DNA of 64,000 nt from a virus: positions 36,572 to 100,571 of the IMG/VR virus record IMGVR_UViG_3300023174_005548, one strand, 5' to 3'. Every line of letters begins with the position of its first letter. Position 1 is the first letter of the stretch. Positions 39,324 through 49,500 of the stretch are shown here, in pieces. The position numbers were made by a program, and so were the translations under genes. The notes under the pieces were generated by a model, which had not been told where the DNA came from, ran no database searches, and saw nothing but the letters and a program-made list of their open reading frames with translations.

Positions 39324-39733
39324 TTTTTCATTAAATCTTTATCTGCTTGACGATAAGAATCTTTAACTTTTGCACCTCTAACCATTCTAAGAAATGCGTT
39401 GACCCTCGCCAGTCCCCAAGCAGTTCTTGAAACTCCGGGCCTATGAGAAGAAGAAAATGCACCAGTACCACGACGAAATACTTTTTTAAGTTGTCCAAGT
39501 GTAACTTTTTTACTATATTTTGAATTATGTTCTTTAACTTTATTTTTAAGAGCTTCAATTACTTTTTTAGAAAATTCAATAGCTTTATCACTTTTTGTTC
39601 CTGCGCTACCGGGTTTATTGCGAGATGATCCTTTGCGTCTTTCAGAAGGTTTTGATGGTGTTTGAGCAGCAGATTTTGGTCCTTTTCTTTCGGCATTTAA
39701 TTCAAAGCCATATTGTTCAGAATTATAATTCAT
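39320..39733 (-). CDS. Basic head-module protein (resembles the DUF5824-type LKKVxxRGxGA...HRPG...WxxARV motif)
   Basis: [34 protein letters not shown]; start placed at MNYNSEQ. Confidence 0.55.
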   Translation of the reverse strand: MNYNSEQYGFELNAERKGPKSAAQTPSKPSERRKGSSRNKPGSAGTKSDKAIEFSKKVIEALKNKVKEHNSKYSKKVTLGQLKKVFRRGTGAFSSSHRPGVSRTAWGLARVNAFLRMVRGAKVKDSYRQADKDLMKK

Positions 39734-39782
39734 CCTATATATATTATACACTTACAGAGAGGACATTTTTAATTAATTTTAA

Positions 39783-40757
39783 TTAACCTAAAGATATATT
39801 TTGCGCTATTGTACTTAATAATAGATTTTTTACTGCTAAATGTTCTCCGCTAGATAATACTCTAGAGAAAGCTCCTGCAAAACTATAATAACCTTGACTT
39901 TTTGAACCAAACAATTTTCCATCTGGTTGTAAATCTATAAATCCACCAATACATCCAGTATGTTGATCACATGGATAATATGGATATAATGGTTGTCTAA
40001 TGCAAAAACTTGGTAAAACAACTGCGCCAGTTTGCGTAGTAACTTGAATAAGTCCATCTTTATAAATATTTAACGATCCAGATCCAGAATATGTAGTTTT
40101 TGAAACATACTTAACGTCATAAGAAATAACATTATATTGATTAGCAGTATTTAATCTTGGATCACCTACGTAACTTATAGCTCCACTATTTATATCTCCA
40201 TAACAAAATTCATTGCTATAATAACAAGCATTTGGTTGTATCCAAATTGATCTATTTGTATTAGATCTGTCGGTTTGATGCCACCAAGTTCCATAATCAT
40301 TATCAGTAGTTTTTCCTAACATTGAAATAGTAAAATTTCCATCAAATACTGGAAGAACTGGATGAGTTATTGTGGCTTTTCCACTGCCTACACATCTTGA
40401 GTCCCCAGAATATCCACTTCTTAAAAATATTCCGCTAGATGTCCAAGTTGCTTGACCTGAATTAATTAAGTTTCCATCATATCCAGTCCTTAATCCATAA
40501 ACTTTTGTGCCAGTTGTAGCATTATATCCAGAATTTAATAAATAAACATTAATAGTATTATCCCAAAGATTAAGATCTTTTAATCCAAAAATAAAATTAG
40601 TAATATTAGTTTGAATACTTGAATTTGTGATTCCTACTCTTTGAATATAACTTAATGCATCTGGATCAGTTGTGAGTTGAATATATCCACTAGATGTTAT
40701 ATCTCCAGATATATTTAAATAACCATTTCCATTTAAAACTAATTGTATTAAACTCAT
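39783..40757 (-). CDS. Virion protein with a LamG-like domain
   Basis: DPDALSYIQRVGIT...GLKDLNLW N-terminal segment, FTISM strand, LNIYKDG, C-terminal SRVLSSGE. Confidence 0.55.
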   Translation of the reverse strand: MSLIQLVLNGNGYLNISGDITSSGYIQLTTDPDALSYIQRVGITNSSIQTNITNFIFGLKDLNLWDNTINVYLLNSGYNATTGTKVYGLRTGYDGNLINSGQATWTSSGIFLRSGYSGDSRCVGSGKATITHPVLPVFDGNFTISMLGKTTDNDYGTWWHQTDRSNTNRSIWIQPNACYYSNEFCYGDINSGAISYVGDPRLNTANQYNVISYDVKYVSKTTYSGSGSLNIYKDGLIQVTTQTGAVVLPSFCIRQPLYPYYPCDQHTGCIGGFIDLQPDGKLFGSKSQGYYSFAGAFSRVLSSGEHLAVKNLLLSTIAQNISLG

Positions 40758-40909
40758 TTTTTCTTTCCGTATAATTCTTCTGTAACATCATAAGCTGATC
40801 CACTAGTTGGAGTTTCTGGATATTTAGTAGATAATTCTCTGCTCTCATAATTAGGTTCTGAGCAACTAATTAAAAATAATAAAGGTAATATTAATATTAA
40901 TTTTTTCAT
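40754..40909 (-). CDS. Small lipoprotein, 51 aa (not in the ORF track)
   Basis: MKKLILILPLLFLISC-SEPNYESRELSTKYPETPTSGSAYDVTEELYGKKK; lipobox LISC; ATGA overlaps with both neighbours. Confidence 0.8.
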   Translation of the reverse strand: MKKLILILPLLFLISCSEPNYESRELSTKYPETPTSGSAYDVTEELYGKKK

Positions 40910-42123
40910 CTTATTGAGAACTTTCCGTAATTTTGTCTTTGTATAATTGCTCCAGAATTCACTGATCTTCCACCTGCGAGATTATTATAATATCTTAAAT
41001 AAATAACTTCGCCAATATTTATAACAGTATTAGTTGCATCTGCACCTACTGATGTTTTCCAACCCGCACCAATACCTGTTTTACGATAATATAATACATT
41101 ATTTATATACAACAAATCTGCTGTAGAAAATGTTGCTCCTCCTGTAAAATCTTGAATATTAAAAACTGTGCTTATTGTATTAACTGATCCACCTTGAAAT
41201 ATATATGTATTATTAGGATTATAAATTTCAGTACTTTGATTGTTTATGTAAAGTGGTTCTAAATAACTAAGGCTTGGATTTTGTATTTTATTATTTCCTT
41301 TTAAATCATTTTCTGTGAATAATGATAAATTATATCCTCCGCCAAGACTAGTCATAACAGAATTAATTGCATCTATATAATAACCTTCACTTCCTCCCAA
41401 TGCAATTGAAGTCCTATCGCTAATTGAAAAAGTAAGTAATAAAATCATTTTATTATTAAAAACAAAACCTGCTGGTTTACCAGAATCTACTACTCCTTCC
41501 CAAAATTTATATCTTTGAGGATTATCTGAATAACGTACTTCCCCCATATATTGAGGAAAAACTAATCCATCATTAAAATAATAATAACCAACATAAAAAT
41601 ATTCTCCAATTAAAGCTTTGTTTTCTTGATCTAACCAAATAACAGGAATAGTATCAGAATATGATACTAAACTAGCTAAATTAAAATTTGCAACTTTACA
41701 AAAATTCACACTCGATGGAAGATCTGAATCTAATAATCCAATTTGAATATCAGTTGTATCGGTTGCAGTAACTCTTTGCGAAGTTGTAATTGTTCTAGTA
41801 TAACAATTGTTCTCCATATCAACAAAAATTAATGTTGATGCATTAGATGGAAAAGAATGACTTGATCCAATAATATGTCGTGGGCTTATCAAAGTCCCTC
41901 CATAATAAGTTCCAAAAGCGCTATTCCAAGGAGAAGCTGGAGATAAATTTATATTTTTTGCCCAGCAAGTTGTGCTTCTAACATAAACTGGACTTACTCC
42001 ACCATTTGGAGTTTCTGTACTAAATATTTGTTTTGTTGAAGCGTTGCCATCTAAACCCACTATAGGAGAATCTATTCCTATAGATAAAGCTTTTTTTATT
42101 GAAAATGTACCTTGAATTGGCAT
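40906..42123 (-). CDS. Trypsin/chymotrypsin-like serine protease domain protein
   Basis: GGTLISPRHIIGSSH (His), TDIQIGLL (Asp), GVVDSGKP (Ser) in canonical order. Confidence 0.7.
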   Translation of the reverse strand: MPIQGTFSIKKALSIGIDSPIVGLDGNASTKQIFSTETPNGGVSPVYVRSTTCWAKNINLSPASPWNSAFGTYYGGTLISPRHIIGSSHSFPSNASTLIFVDMENNCYTRTITTSQRVTATDTTDIQIGLLDSDLPSSVNFCKVANFNLASLVSYSDTIPVIWLDQENKALIGEYFYVGYYYFNDGLVFPQYMGEVRYSDNPQRYKFWEGVVDSGKPAGFVFNNKMILLLTFSISDRTSIALGGSEGYYIDAINSVMTSLGGGYNLSLFTENDLKGNNKIQNPSLSYLEPLYINNQSTEIYNPNNTYIFQGGSVNTISTVFNIQDFTGGATFSTADLLYINNVLYYRKTGIGAGWKTSVGADATNTVINIGEVIYLRYYNNLAGGRSVNSGAIIQRQNYGKFSIR

Positions 42124-42131
42124 ACAAGATG

Positions 42132-42758
42132 TTACACGCTTAATGATTCTTCAATTAATTTAGCTTCTGCATCTCGTCGTCTACTCATACCCTTTTCTAT
42201 GCTACCACCAATCCATATTCTTTTCATATTTCTTATTTGGTTAGCTATAAAAGATAAAGCTTTTTGATCAAAAGTAGATGTTATTGCCATACCATCTCGT
42301 ATTAATTTCATTTCGCGGCGACGATCACCTTCTAATGCATTTCCTCTATTAAATACAAGACTAACTAATCCACCTTTTGCATCTTCTGGCAGATTATCGA
42401 AATTAGGAAAAGTTTCTTTTGTTAAATTCCAGAACTTTGTTACTGTTTTATTATTAAATACTTTTAGTGCAAGATCCCAAGGTATACTAATATCTTTTAA
42501 TCCTCTTACGAGATTCTTAGCATTGTATCCTTTGATGCCAACAACTTTATATAATCTATCAAAAACTTCTTTAGGAAGATCTTTCCAGTCTTCGCTAAAT
42601 TCAGCTTTATTTACATAACCCAAATCATAACCCACACCAATTGTAACTCCACTTTGACCTTCTGGCCAAGTAGGATTTTTTAAAAATTTATTATAATAAT
42701 TTTCGCCTCCGCCAACTTCAAATTCAAGAATAAGATCTAAGGATTTTTTTGAGAGCAT
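42132..42758 (-). CDS. Endolysin, pesticin/T4-lysozyme-like muramidase
   Basis: LILEFEVG, SGVTIGVGYDLG, LVSLVFNRG, GMSRRRDAEA motifs; ends the lysis cassette. Confidence 0.85.
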   Translation of the reverse strand: MLSKKSLDLILEFEVGGGENYYNKFLKNPTWPEGQSGVTIGVGYDLGYVNKAEFSEDWKDLPKEVFDRLYKVVGIKGYNAKNLVRGLKDISIPWDLALKVFNNKTVTKFWNLTKETFPNFDNLPEDAKGGLVSLVFNRGNALEGDRRREMKLIRDGMAITSTFDQKALSFIANQIRNMKRIWIGGSIEKGMSRRRDAEAKLIEESLSV

Positions 42759-42760
42759 TT

Positions 42761-43177
42761 TTAATTATTAACTTTATCTATAACTTTATCTACAATATTA
42801 TCTTGAGGAACTTTTTCTTTTAGCCAAGAGTTTAAAACTCCAAAATAAACAAGATGTTCACTATCAATAATATATAATTCATTATTAAAATTATCTTTAT
42901 AAGGCTTGATGCCAGAGTCAGCTTTTAGTTCGATTGCTTTTTCTTTTTTAAATTTAATCTTATACATGGCAATTAAATTATTATATCTCTCACGCGCTTG
43001 AGGAGTAATTAATGCATCGCCTCCAATAAAAGAAATTAATCCACCATTATCTTTTTGATATTGTTTTGGAGTACTTGCATCATATGAAGATTTATCATCT
43101 TCTATTTTGTTTGGAGTTACAGTAGCGCAACTAACTAAAAATAAATTAAGAACTAATACGCTTGCGAACTTCTTCAA
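42761..43177 (-). CDS. Lipoprotein (o-spanin candidate)
   Basis: MKKFASVLVLNLFLVSC lipobox; overlaps the 3' end of 43146..43346. Confidence 0.6.
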   Translation of the reverse strand: MKKFASVLVLNLFLVSCATVTPNKIEDDKSSYDASTPKQYQKDNGGLISFIGGDALITPQARERYNNLIAMYKIKFKKEKAIELKADSGIKPYKDNFNNELYIIDSEHLVYFGVLNSWLKEKVPQDNIVDKVIDKVNN

Positions 43178-43346
43178 GATTTTTCTCCTGTACTGCTTTT
43201 TCTATTTCACTCTGGTAATTAACTTCTTTTTGAGCTTCTTGACGCTCTTTCATTTCTTTTGTATTCTTCGCGCCGAATACATTATTGATTGCTGCGAATA
43301 TTCCAGATACTGCTGATAGTAATGCTTGGAGTATTCCAGTTGGCAT
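43146..43346 (-). CDS. Small membrane-associated coiled-coil protein (i-spanin candidate)
   Basis: Hydrophobic/amphipathic N-terminus followed by a charged helix; overlap geometry like Rz/Rz1. Confidence 0.5.
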   Translation of the reverse strand: MPTGILQALLSAVSGIFAAINNVFGAKNTKEMKERQEAQKEVNYQSEIEKAVQEKNLEEVRKRISS

Positions 43347-43348
43347 AA

Positions 43349-43798
43349 TTATTCTACGTAACTTGCTGTAGCATCTTTACATCCAGATGCAATGGCGTTA
43401 AGTACCTTGATTGCAAGTGCGGTATTACCATCTAATCTTGCAAATTGTTGAGCGTAAATATCTTTGATAACACTAACGTAATTTACCCAATGAGTTTTTT
43501 CTTCTGGAAGATAATCAGTTAATGCTTTTTGCAATTGTTCTGGAGTTGGAGCAGTTCCAACTGTTAGTCCTTCCACGATAGTTGCAACATGATTAATCAT
43601 TTTAGCTTTTTCTACACGATCATTTGCAGAAAGAGCTTGATCTAAAACAACAGTACAAGCAAGAACGACTGCTGGTTTAACATATGGCAGCGCATTTGAA
43701 ACGCTTGTTGCTGGATCAACTTGACCAGTTGGAGTTGTGGCGCAAGCACCAAGAAATATGCTCAAAAGAGCAACTGCGGCTAATTGTAATTTATTCAT
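43349..43798 (-). CDS. Lipoprotein in the lysis cassette
   Basis: MNKLQLAAVALLSIFLGAC lipobox. Confidence 0.7.
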   Translation of the reverse strand: MNKLQLAAVALLSIFLGACATTPTGQVDPATSVSNALPYVKPAVVLACTVVLDQALSANDRVEKAKMINHVATIVEGLTVGTAPTPEQLQKALTDYLPEEKTHWVNYVSVIKDIYAQQFARLDGNTALAIKVLNAIASGCKDATASYVE

Positions 43799-44079
43799 AT
43801 GTTTTCTCCATTTGTTCTATCTTTTGCTTCAGTTGTTTGAGCTACTGTTCCGCCAGTAACTGCTGCATCTTTTACTGTTAATGCAAAAATAATACCAGAT
43901 ACAACTGCAACTAATTTTGAAATTCCAAGAATATAAACTTCTGCTTGATCTGGAAGAAATGCTACTAATGAAGGGTCAGAATGAATTGCTATTGCTGTAC
44001 AAACTGCTACAACTGTGGCTATTCCAGATGAGCTAGATCTCCAATTGGGGCCAAATATTTTAGATAACATAGTCTTCAT
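43795..44079 (-). CDS. Holin candidate
   Basis: 94 aa; NWRSS then two hydrophobic segments and a KD-led polar tail; first gene of the lysis cassette. Confidence 0.65.
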   Translation of the reverse strand: MKTMLSKIFGPNWRSSSSGIATVVAVCTAIAIHSDPSLVAFLPDQAEVYILGISKLVAVVSGIIFALTVKDAAVTGGTVAQTTEAKDRTNGENI

Positions 44080-44119
44080 ATTCTATTACACTATATTATA
44101 TGGCTTAATATATTATATA

Positions 44120-44992
44120 TCAAAAATAACTTAATATCTCTTTTGGATCAAAAGCTTTTAATAGATCAACATTACATTGATGAGGTAAGCCGATAAATTC
44201 TTGCTCTGCAACAATACCATCAATTGGATGGTAAAATGTTTTGGATGTATCTTTTGCTATGATATTTTTATTTGTTGTATATCCTAATTTATCTGGTCTA
44301 GTTCCAACCCAACAAACTACTGATTTTAAATCGAGAGCTGTTGCAGCGTGTTGAGCATAAGAATCAATAAGCAATCTATTTTTAGAAATACTAATTAGCG
44401 CGAAATTTTCTCGCCAAGGAATTGATAGTTGTTCTGCGCCATCAAATTTTAATTGATTAGGTCTGCAGAGATGATAAATATGATACTTTCTACTTAATTC
44501 TTTTACTAAACCTTCTGTTAAAAATGGAGGCAAATCTCGTGACCAACTATAATTATTATTTGGCTGACCTTCTGCGCCACCATTAGATTGTAATACTAAA
44601 ATTGGTTTATCTTTTTGATACTTCATTGAAGCATCATAGATTTCAACTTGATTTAAAAATAATTTTGGTTTTTCATTGTTATATTTTAATCCAAACATTT
44701 CGCACCAAGATCTAATTAAATGTTTATTTTGTACAACATATTCGTTGCTCTGATAAACTTCGTTACCAAAAAACAAAACATCCTTATCTTTGATAAAATC
44801 TTCATAAAAATATTGAACTGTATTTGATCTATAGATTCTGTAAACAAAAGGATTATTAATAAATACCTCTGGATAAACACAAATTACTATTAATTTTCTA
44901 TCTGGATGATTTTTAGTTATGGCTTCTGCAACTGCTGTGGAAGCTATATGTTTTCCAATTCCGCCTTGAACAAAAAATACTACGCTTTTCAT
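44120..44992 (-). CDS. GT-B glycosyltransferase, GT9/heptosyltransferase-like
   Basis: GGIGKHI (compare GxxGD), NNPFV, WSRDLP, IDSYAQHAATALDLKSVVCW (compare DSGPMHLAAAL); start MKSVVFF coupled by ATGA to the sulfotransferase stop. Confidence 0.75.
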   Translation of the reverse strand: MKSVVFFVQGGIGKHIASTAVAEAITKNHPDRKLIVICVYPEVFINNPFVYRIYRSNTVQYFYEDFIKDKDVLFFGNEVYQSNEYVVQNKHLIRSWCEMFGLKYNNEKPKLFLNQVEIYDASMKYQKDKPILVLQSNGGAEGQPNNNYSWSRDLPPFLTEGLVKELSRKYHIYHLCRPNQLKFDGAEQLSIPWRENFALISISKNRLLIDSYAQHAATALDLKSVVCWVGTRPDKLGYTTNKNIIAKDTSKTFYHPIDGIVAEQEFIGLPHQCNVDLLKAFDPKEILSYF

Positions 44993-45798
44993 TTTGTATT
45001 TCTCCAAAATTCTAAATTAGTATATTGATTTGCCACATCACCAAGAATTTGGTGAGCTTTAAGTGGCACGGGTTTTACAACAGATCGTATTGTGTGAAGA
45101 TCTTTTATTCGATGAATATTATCATCGTCTTCTTTTGTTATTTGTATTACGTTATTAAAATCATGATTATAATATTTTAAATCAATAAAATCATAAATAT
45201 TTCTTATTGTTTGCTCTGGATTATTTGTAAGATCATCAAATTCCATAAAAAATAATCTATCTTTATGACCTCTGTCAATAGCATCTTTTAATCTATTAAA
45301 AGCAGAACCTAGTGGTTGACCTGCTTCTGCCCAAAGTTCGCAACGGCCCTTAACTGTGAGAGATTTTTCATAATTATTTTGCTCTATATTCCATTGACTT
45401 TGACCAGTTGTATTGCGCCACAACATTTCAAAAGAAGCAAGAATTTCATTGATATTTCTTACTGTGCAAATCATTTTTGTTTTTTTATCTAATGCAAATT
45501 CAAGAGTTTCTATCATAGATAACCAGCCGCGACCTTTATCAAATATGATATTTTTATCTGTTAAATGGTAAGAATTTAATACTACTTTTAAAAGATTTTT
45601 TAATTGATTTCTATCAATACCTTCTGCTTGATGCTCTACAATTCGATCCCATTGATTTCTGATTGAAAATAATATTTCAACACAACCGCTAGTAGCTTTA
45701 CTTACAAAAATTTCAGGATTTTGAGCTAAAATATTGCAAAGTAATGTTGATCCTGATCTAGGCAGACCAGATATAAAGAATACTTCTTTTGAGGACAT
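44989..45798 (-). CDS. PAPS-dependent sulfotransferase
   Basis: FFISGLPRSGSTLL (5'-PSB loop), DKGRGW, TVRNINEILAS, FDDLTNNPEQTIRNIYDFI. Confidence 0.9.
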   Translation of the reverse strand: MSSKEVFFISGLPRSGSTLLCNILAQNPEIFVSKATSGCVEILFSIRNQWDRIVEHQAEGIDRNQLKNLLKVVLNSYHLTDKNIIFDKGRGWLSMIETLEFALDKKTKMICTVRNINEILASFEMLWRNTTGQSQWNIEQNNYEKSLTVKGRCELWAEAGQPLGSAFNRLKDAIDRGHKDRLFFMEFDDLTNNPEQTIRNIYDFIDLKYYNHDFNNVIQITKEDDDNIHRIKDLHTIRSVVKPVPLKAHQILGDVANQYTNLEFWRNTK

Positions 45799-45805
45799 CT
45801 CTTAT

Positions 45806-45834
45806 ATTATAAGATAAGATATTTAAAATATCAA
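45806..45834 (-). promoter_or_regulatory. Sigma70-type promoter, probably leaderless, for the sulfotransferase-GT pair
   Basis: TTGATA-17 nt-TATAAT-7 nt-ATG. Confidence 0.7.
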
Positions 45835-45848
45835 GTTTAAAATTATTT

Positions 45849-46562
45849 TTATAAATTATATTTTGATTTTAATATATTAAAATTAAACAAAACTTCAGCA
45901 TCAGATAGTGGTCTATTATAAATTAAGCTATTATAAATTTTCACATTAGGGACAGTGCCACCTCCATATTCACTTGCAGCTCCTAATTCAATAAGATTTT
46001 GAGCATTTACATTTCCTGCTGAGTGTGGAGAACGAGTTGATATTAAAACTCCATTAATATAAAATTTAAAAACACTACCATTTATTGTAAAACCAATAAC
46101 TTTTTTAAATGGATAACTGCTTATGCCATCAGTAATTTCGTCTGTAAGAGTGTTGCTATCATTAGATATAAAAGCTGATATAAGATTTTCAAAAGAACTA
46201 TATGTAAAAATAGCCATTCCACCACCTGCTGCATTTACAGAACTCATTATTATTGGATAAAGCACGGTAGATGGAACTTCTGCTGTAACCATGAAAGTTA
46301 CAGAATTAGTAATATTAGTATAACTCCTAGTAAAATAAACGCTTGATAACTCACCATTCATATTAAATGATTTATCAGGAAGAAAACTTACATTACTTAA
46401 TGTACCAACTCCATTTATAGTAGTTAAATCATTGCATGTTGATCCAGAACCAGAATAACAAGAAGGATTAGATGGATCAACGTGAAAAACTAATCCATTT
46501 GATATAACAGATTTTTTTAAACCCGAACTTACTACTCCACAAGGCGCAGCTGTTAAAATCAT
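45849..46562 (-). CDS. LamG-like virion protein
   Basis: GLVFHVDPSNPSCYSGSGSTCNDL...FYINGV...IYNRPLSDAEVLFNF. Confidence 0.8.
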   Translation of the reverse strand: MILTAAPCGVVSSGLKKSVISNGLVFHVDPSNPSCYSGSGSTCNDLTTINGVGTLSNVSFLPDKSFNMNGELSSVYFTRSYTNITNSVTFMVTAEVPSTVLYPIIMSSVNAAGGGMAIFTYSSFENLISAFISNDSNTLTDEITDGISSYPFKKVIGFTINGSVFKFYINGVLISTRSPHSAGNVNAQNLIELGAASEYGGGTVPNVKIYNSLIYNRPLSDAEVLFNFNILKSKYNL

Positions 46563-49500
46563 GAACTTGTATTTCCGTACATTATGTAACCATTACTTCC
46601 AGTATGTAATAATGAAATTGTTGCAAATTGTCCTGCTGTTTTATATTGGCTGCTATAAGAACCAATTGTAATTCCAATTCCAGAACCTGTGATTTGGATT
46701 TGTCCAGCGCCAATTTGAATTATTGATGTATTAAATCCTGTTACGTTACCACTAGCAATAACTCCTGTTATTGTAGTAGCTGAATTTGCTAATATCATTT
46801 CGCCGTTATAAATTCCGCTAATTGGGAAATTAGCTGTTACATTATTTAAATCTGGAACAGCGCCGAATACTTTCTTGTCAGCAAAGTATACTCCGCTTGA
46901 GAAATCTATTGTTAATGAACTTGGACTATATGAATATTTATCTCTATCTTCACCATCTCCTAATATAGTGGAAGAATCATGACCAGTTAAAATAGTATTT
47001 CTTACTCCACCAAGAATGGTTGAAGTATTTGCTCCGTAAATAGTATTAGCTCTTCCTGCGAAAATTGACGAACAAGATCCAGAAATAATGTTATTAAATC
47101 CACCAGCTATAGAAGAAGCGTTTGAAACACGTTCGAGTCTATTACAAACTCCACCAGCAATAGTAGCATAAAGACTACCGGTTATTGAATTACTCCATCC
47201 TCCACCAATCGTTGAAACTGGAGCTTGATTTAGAATATTGCATTGTCCTCCTCCAATAACTCCACCACAAGTAGTTCCACTTATACAATTTAGACATCCT
47301 CCAGCAATTACATGATGAGTATTTTGAGTTGATACAGCTGAACCAGTAATAACATTTACTCTTCCTCCGCCTATAACTGAATAATGACCAAAAAGTCTAT
47401 TACATAATCCACCATCAATAGTAGAACATGCATGGCATATTAAATTAGCTGCTCCACCACCAATAAATGATGCACAAGCTGAAGATCCAATGCAATTTTG
47501 ATTTCCTCCAGCTATTACGCTTAAACCAACGTTAGAGCAATTAAAAGCTCCTCCACCAATAGAAATATAATTACCATTACCTGAATTACATACTCCACCA
47601 GCAATAGTGCTCCATGATCCACTAATATAATTACAAACTCCTCCACCTATAGTTTGCCCAACAGTTGAAGTTGAAGATGTAATACAATTACTTGCTCCAC
47701 CACCAATTGTTGCCCAACTGCCAGTTATAAAGTTGCATTGTCCACCTCCAACAAAACTAAATTCGCCACTTATGGTATTAAAAGCGCCACCAACTATTGA
47801 TGCTCCACTTGTTGTTCCAGAATATATATAATTATTTGTTCCACCAACAATAACTGATTTTTCAGTTTCAATTATATTATCACCTCCGCCACCAATAAAT
47901 GATTGACATCCAGTAATAACATTTCTAAATCCACCGCCAATAGTTGAATATAAAACATTATTAGCATTTGGATTACATATAGTATTGATTGTTCCTCCTG
48001 CGATAACTGAATATTGTCCATCAAATATTTTATTAGCAGCTCCACCACCAATGGTTGCAGTAGTACTACTATTTACGATGCAATTAGAAGCTCCACCACC
48101 AATAACTGCACCATTATTTATCCCACTAATACAGTTCGCACTTCCACCACCAATAAATGAATATATTGATTGAGATACTGCTGTGCTACCAGTAATTATA
48201 TTACTAACTCCACCTGCAATTGTTGAGCATCGAGTTGAAATTTTATTATTTCTTCCACCACCAATTGTTGCCCAACAAGACCTGTCGATAAGATTTAAAA
48301 TTCCACCAGCAATAGTTGATGAACTTGATGAATTTGCTCCACCAGCCGCAACAATATAATTACAACATCCTCCACCAATGACACCATTAATTCCATTATT
48401 TAAATGCAAATTTCCACCACCAATAAATGAACAACAAGAGTTTGCAGTATTAGTATTTCCTCCTGCAATAGTACTACTAAATCCACTTACAAAATTAGAC
48501 TGACCACCTCCAATAGTTGAATATGATCCAACTCCGGCATTATTATCTATATAATTACTAAGTCCTCCACCAATCGTACTAAAATCGCTTAATATACAAT
48601 TAAAATTTCCACCACCAATAAAAGCAAATCCTCCACTTATAGTATTAAACTGACCACCAACAATTGATGATCCAGTTGTTGATAAACCAGAATATATATA
48701 ATTACTTACTCCACCAACAATAACTGATCTATCTGTTTCAATTGTATTGCGAGCTCCACCACCAATAAAATTATAAGCTCCAGTTATAGCATTTCTTTCT
48801 CCACCACCAAGAAATGAACAAGTACCAATATTACCAAGATTGCATATAGTATTAGTATGTCCACCACCAATAACAGAATAACTTGCGCTATCAAGTTTAT
48901 TAAATAATCCAGCACCAATAAATCCGGCTGAAGAAAAACATGTTATAGTATTACATCCTCCACCATTAATAGCTGCATAACTTGAATTTCCAGTTATGCA
49001 ATTAGTACAACCACCACCAATAAATGTATAAACTGAATTATTTGTATTTGAGCCAGTAATTAAATTATCCATTCCACCTACAATTGATGCGCAACGAGGT
49101 AAAACTTTATTTCTATATCCTCCACCAATAAATGAACGATTTGCATTAACAATAAGATTACAGCATCCTCCGACTATTATTGAATGAGCTGCGCAAGCAT
49201 TAGTAACGCCAATTATTGAATTACAAGTTCCACCAACTACTACTGAATTACATCCAATTGTACTATTTTGACCTCCTCCTCCAATAAATGCCTGATTAGT
49301 AGTTATATAATTATTTCCTCCTCCTCCAATAAATGAATATGATCCTGAGATAGAATTAGATGATCCATTAACGATAGTTGAAAGATTTACGCCGGGCTCC
49401 CCAGAAATATAATTCTTATAACCACCACCAATAAATCCATATTCTTGAACTAAGCAATTTTTAAATCCTCCTCCAATAAAGCTCTCTTTTCCACTAACAA

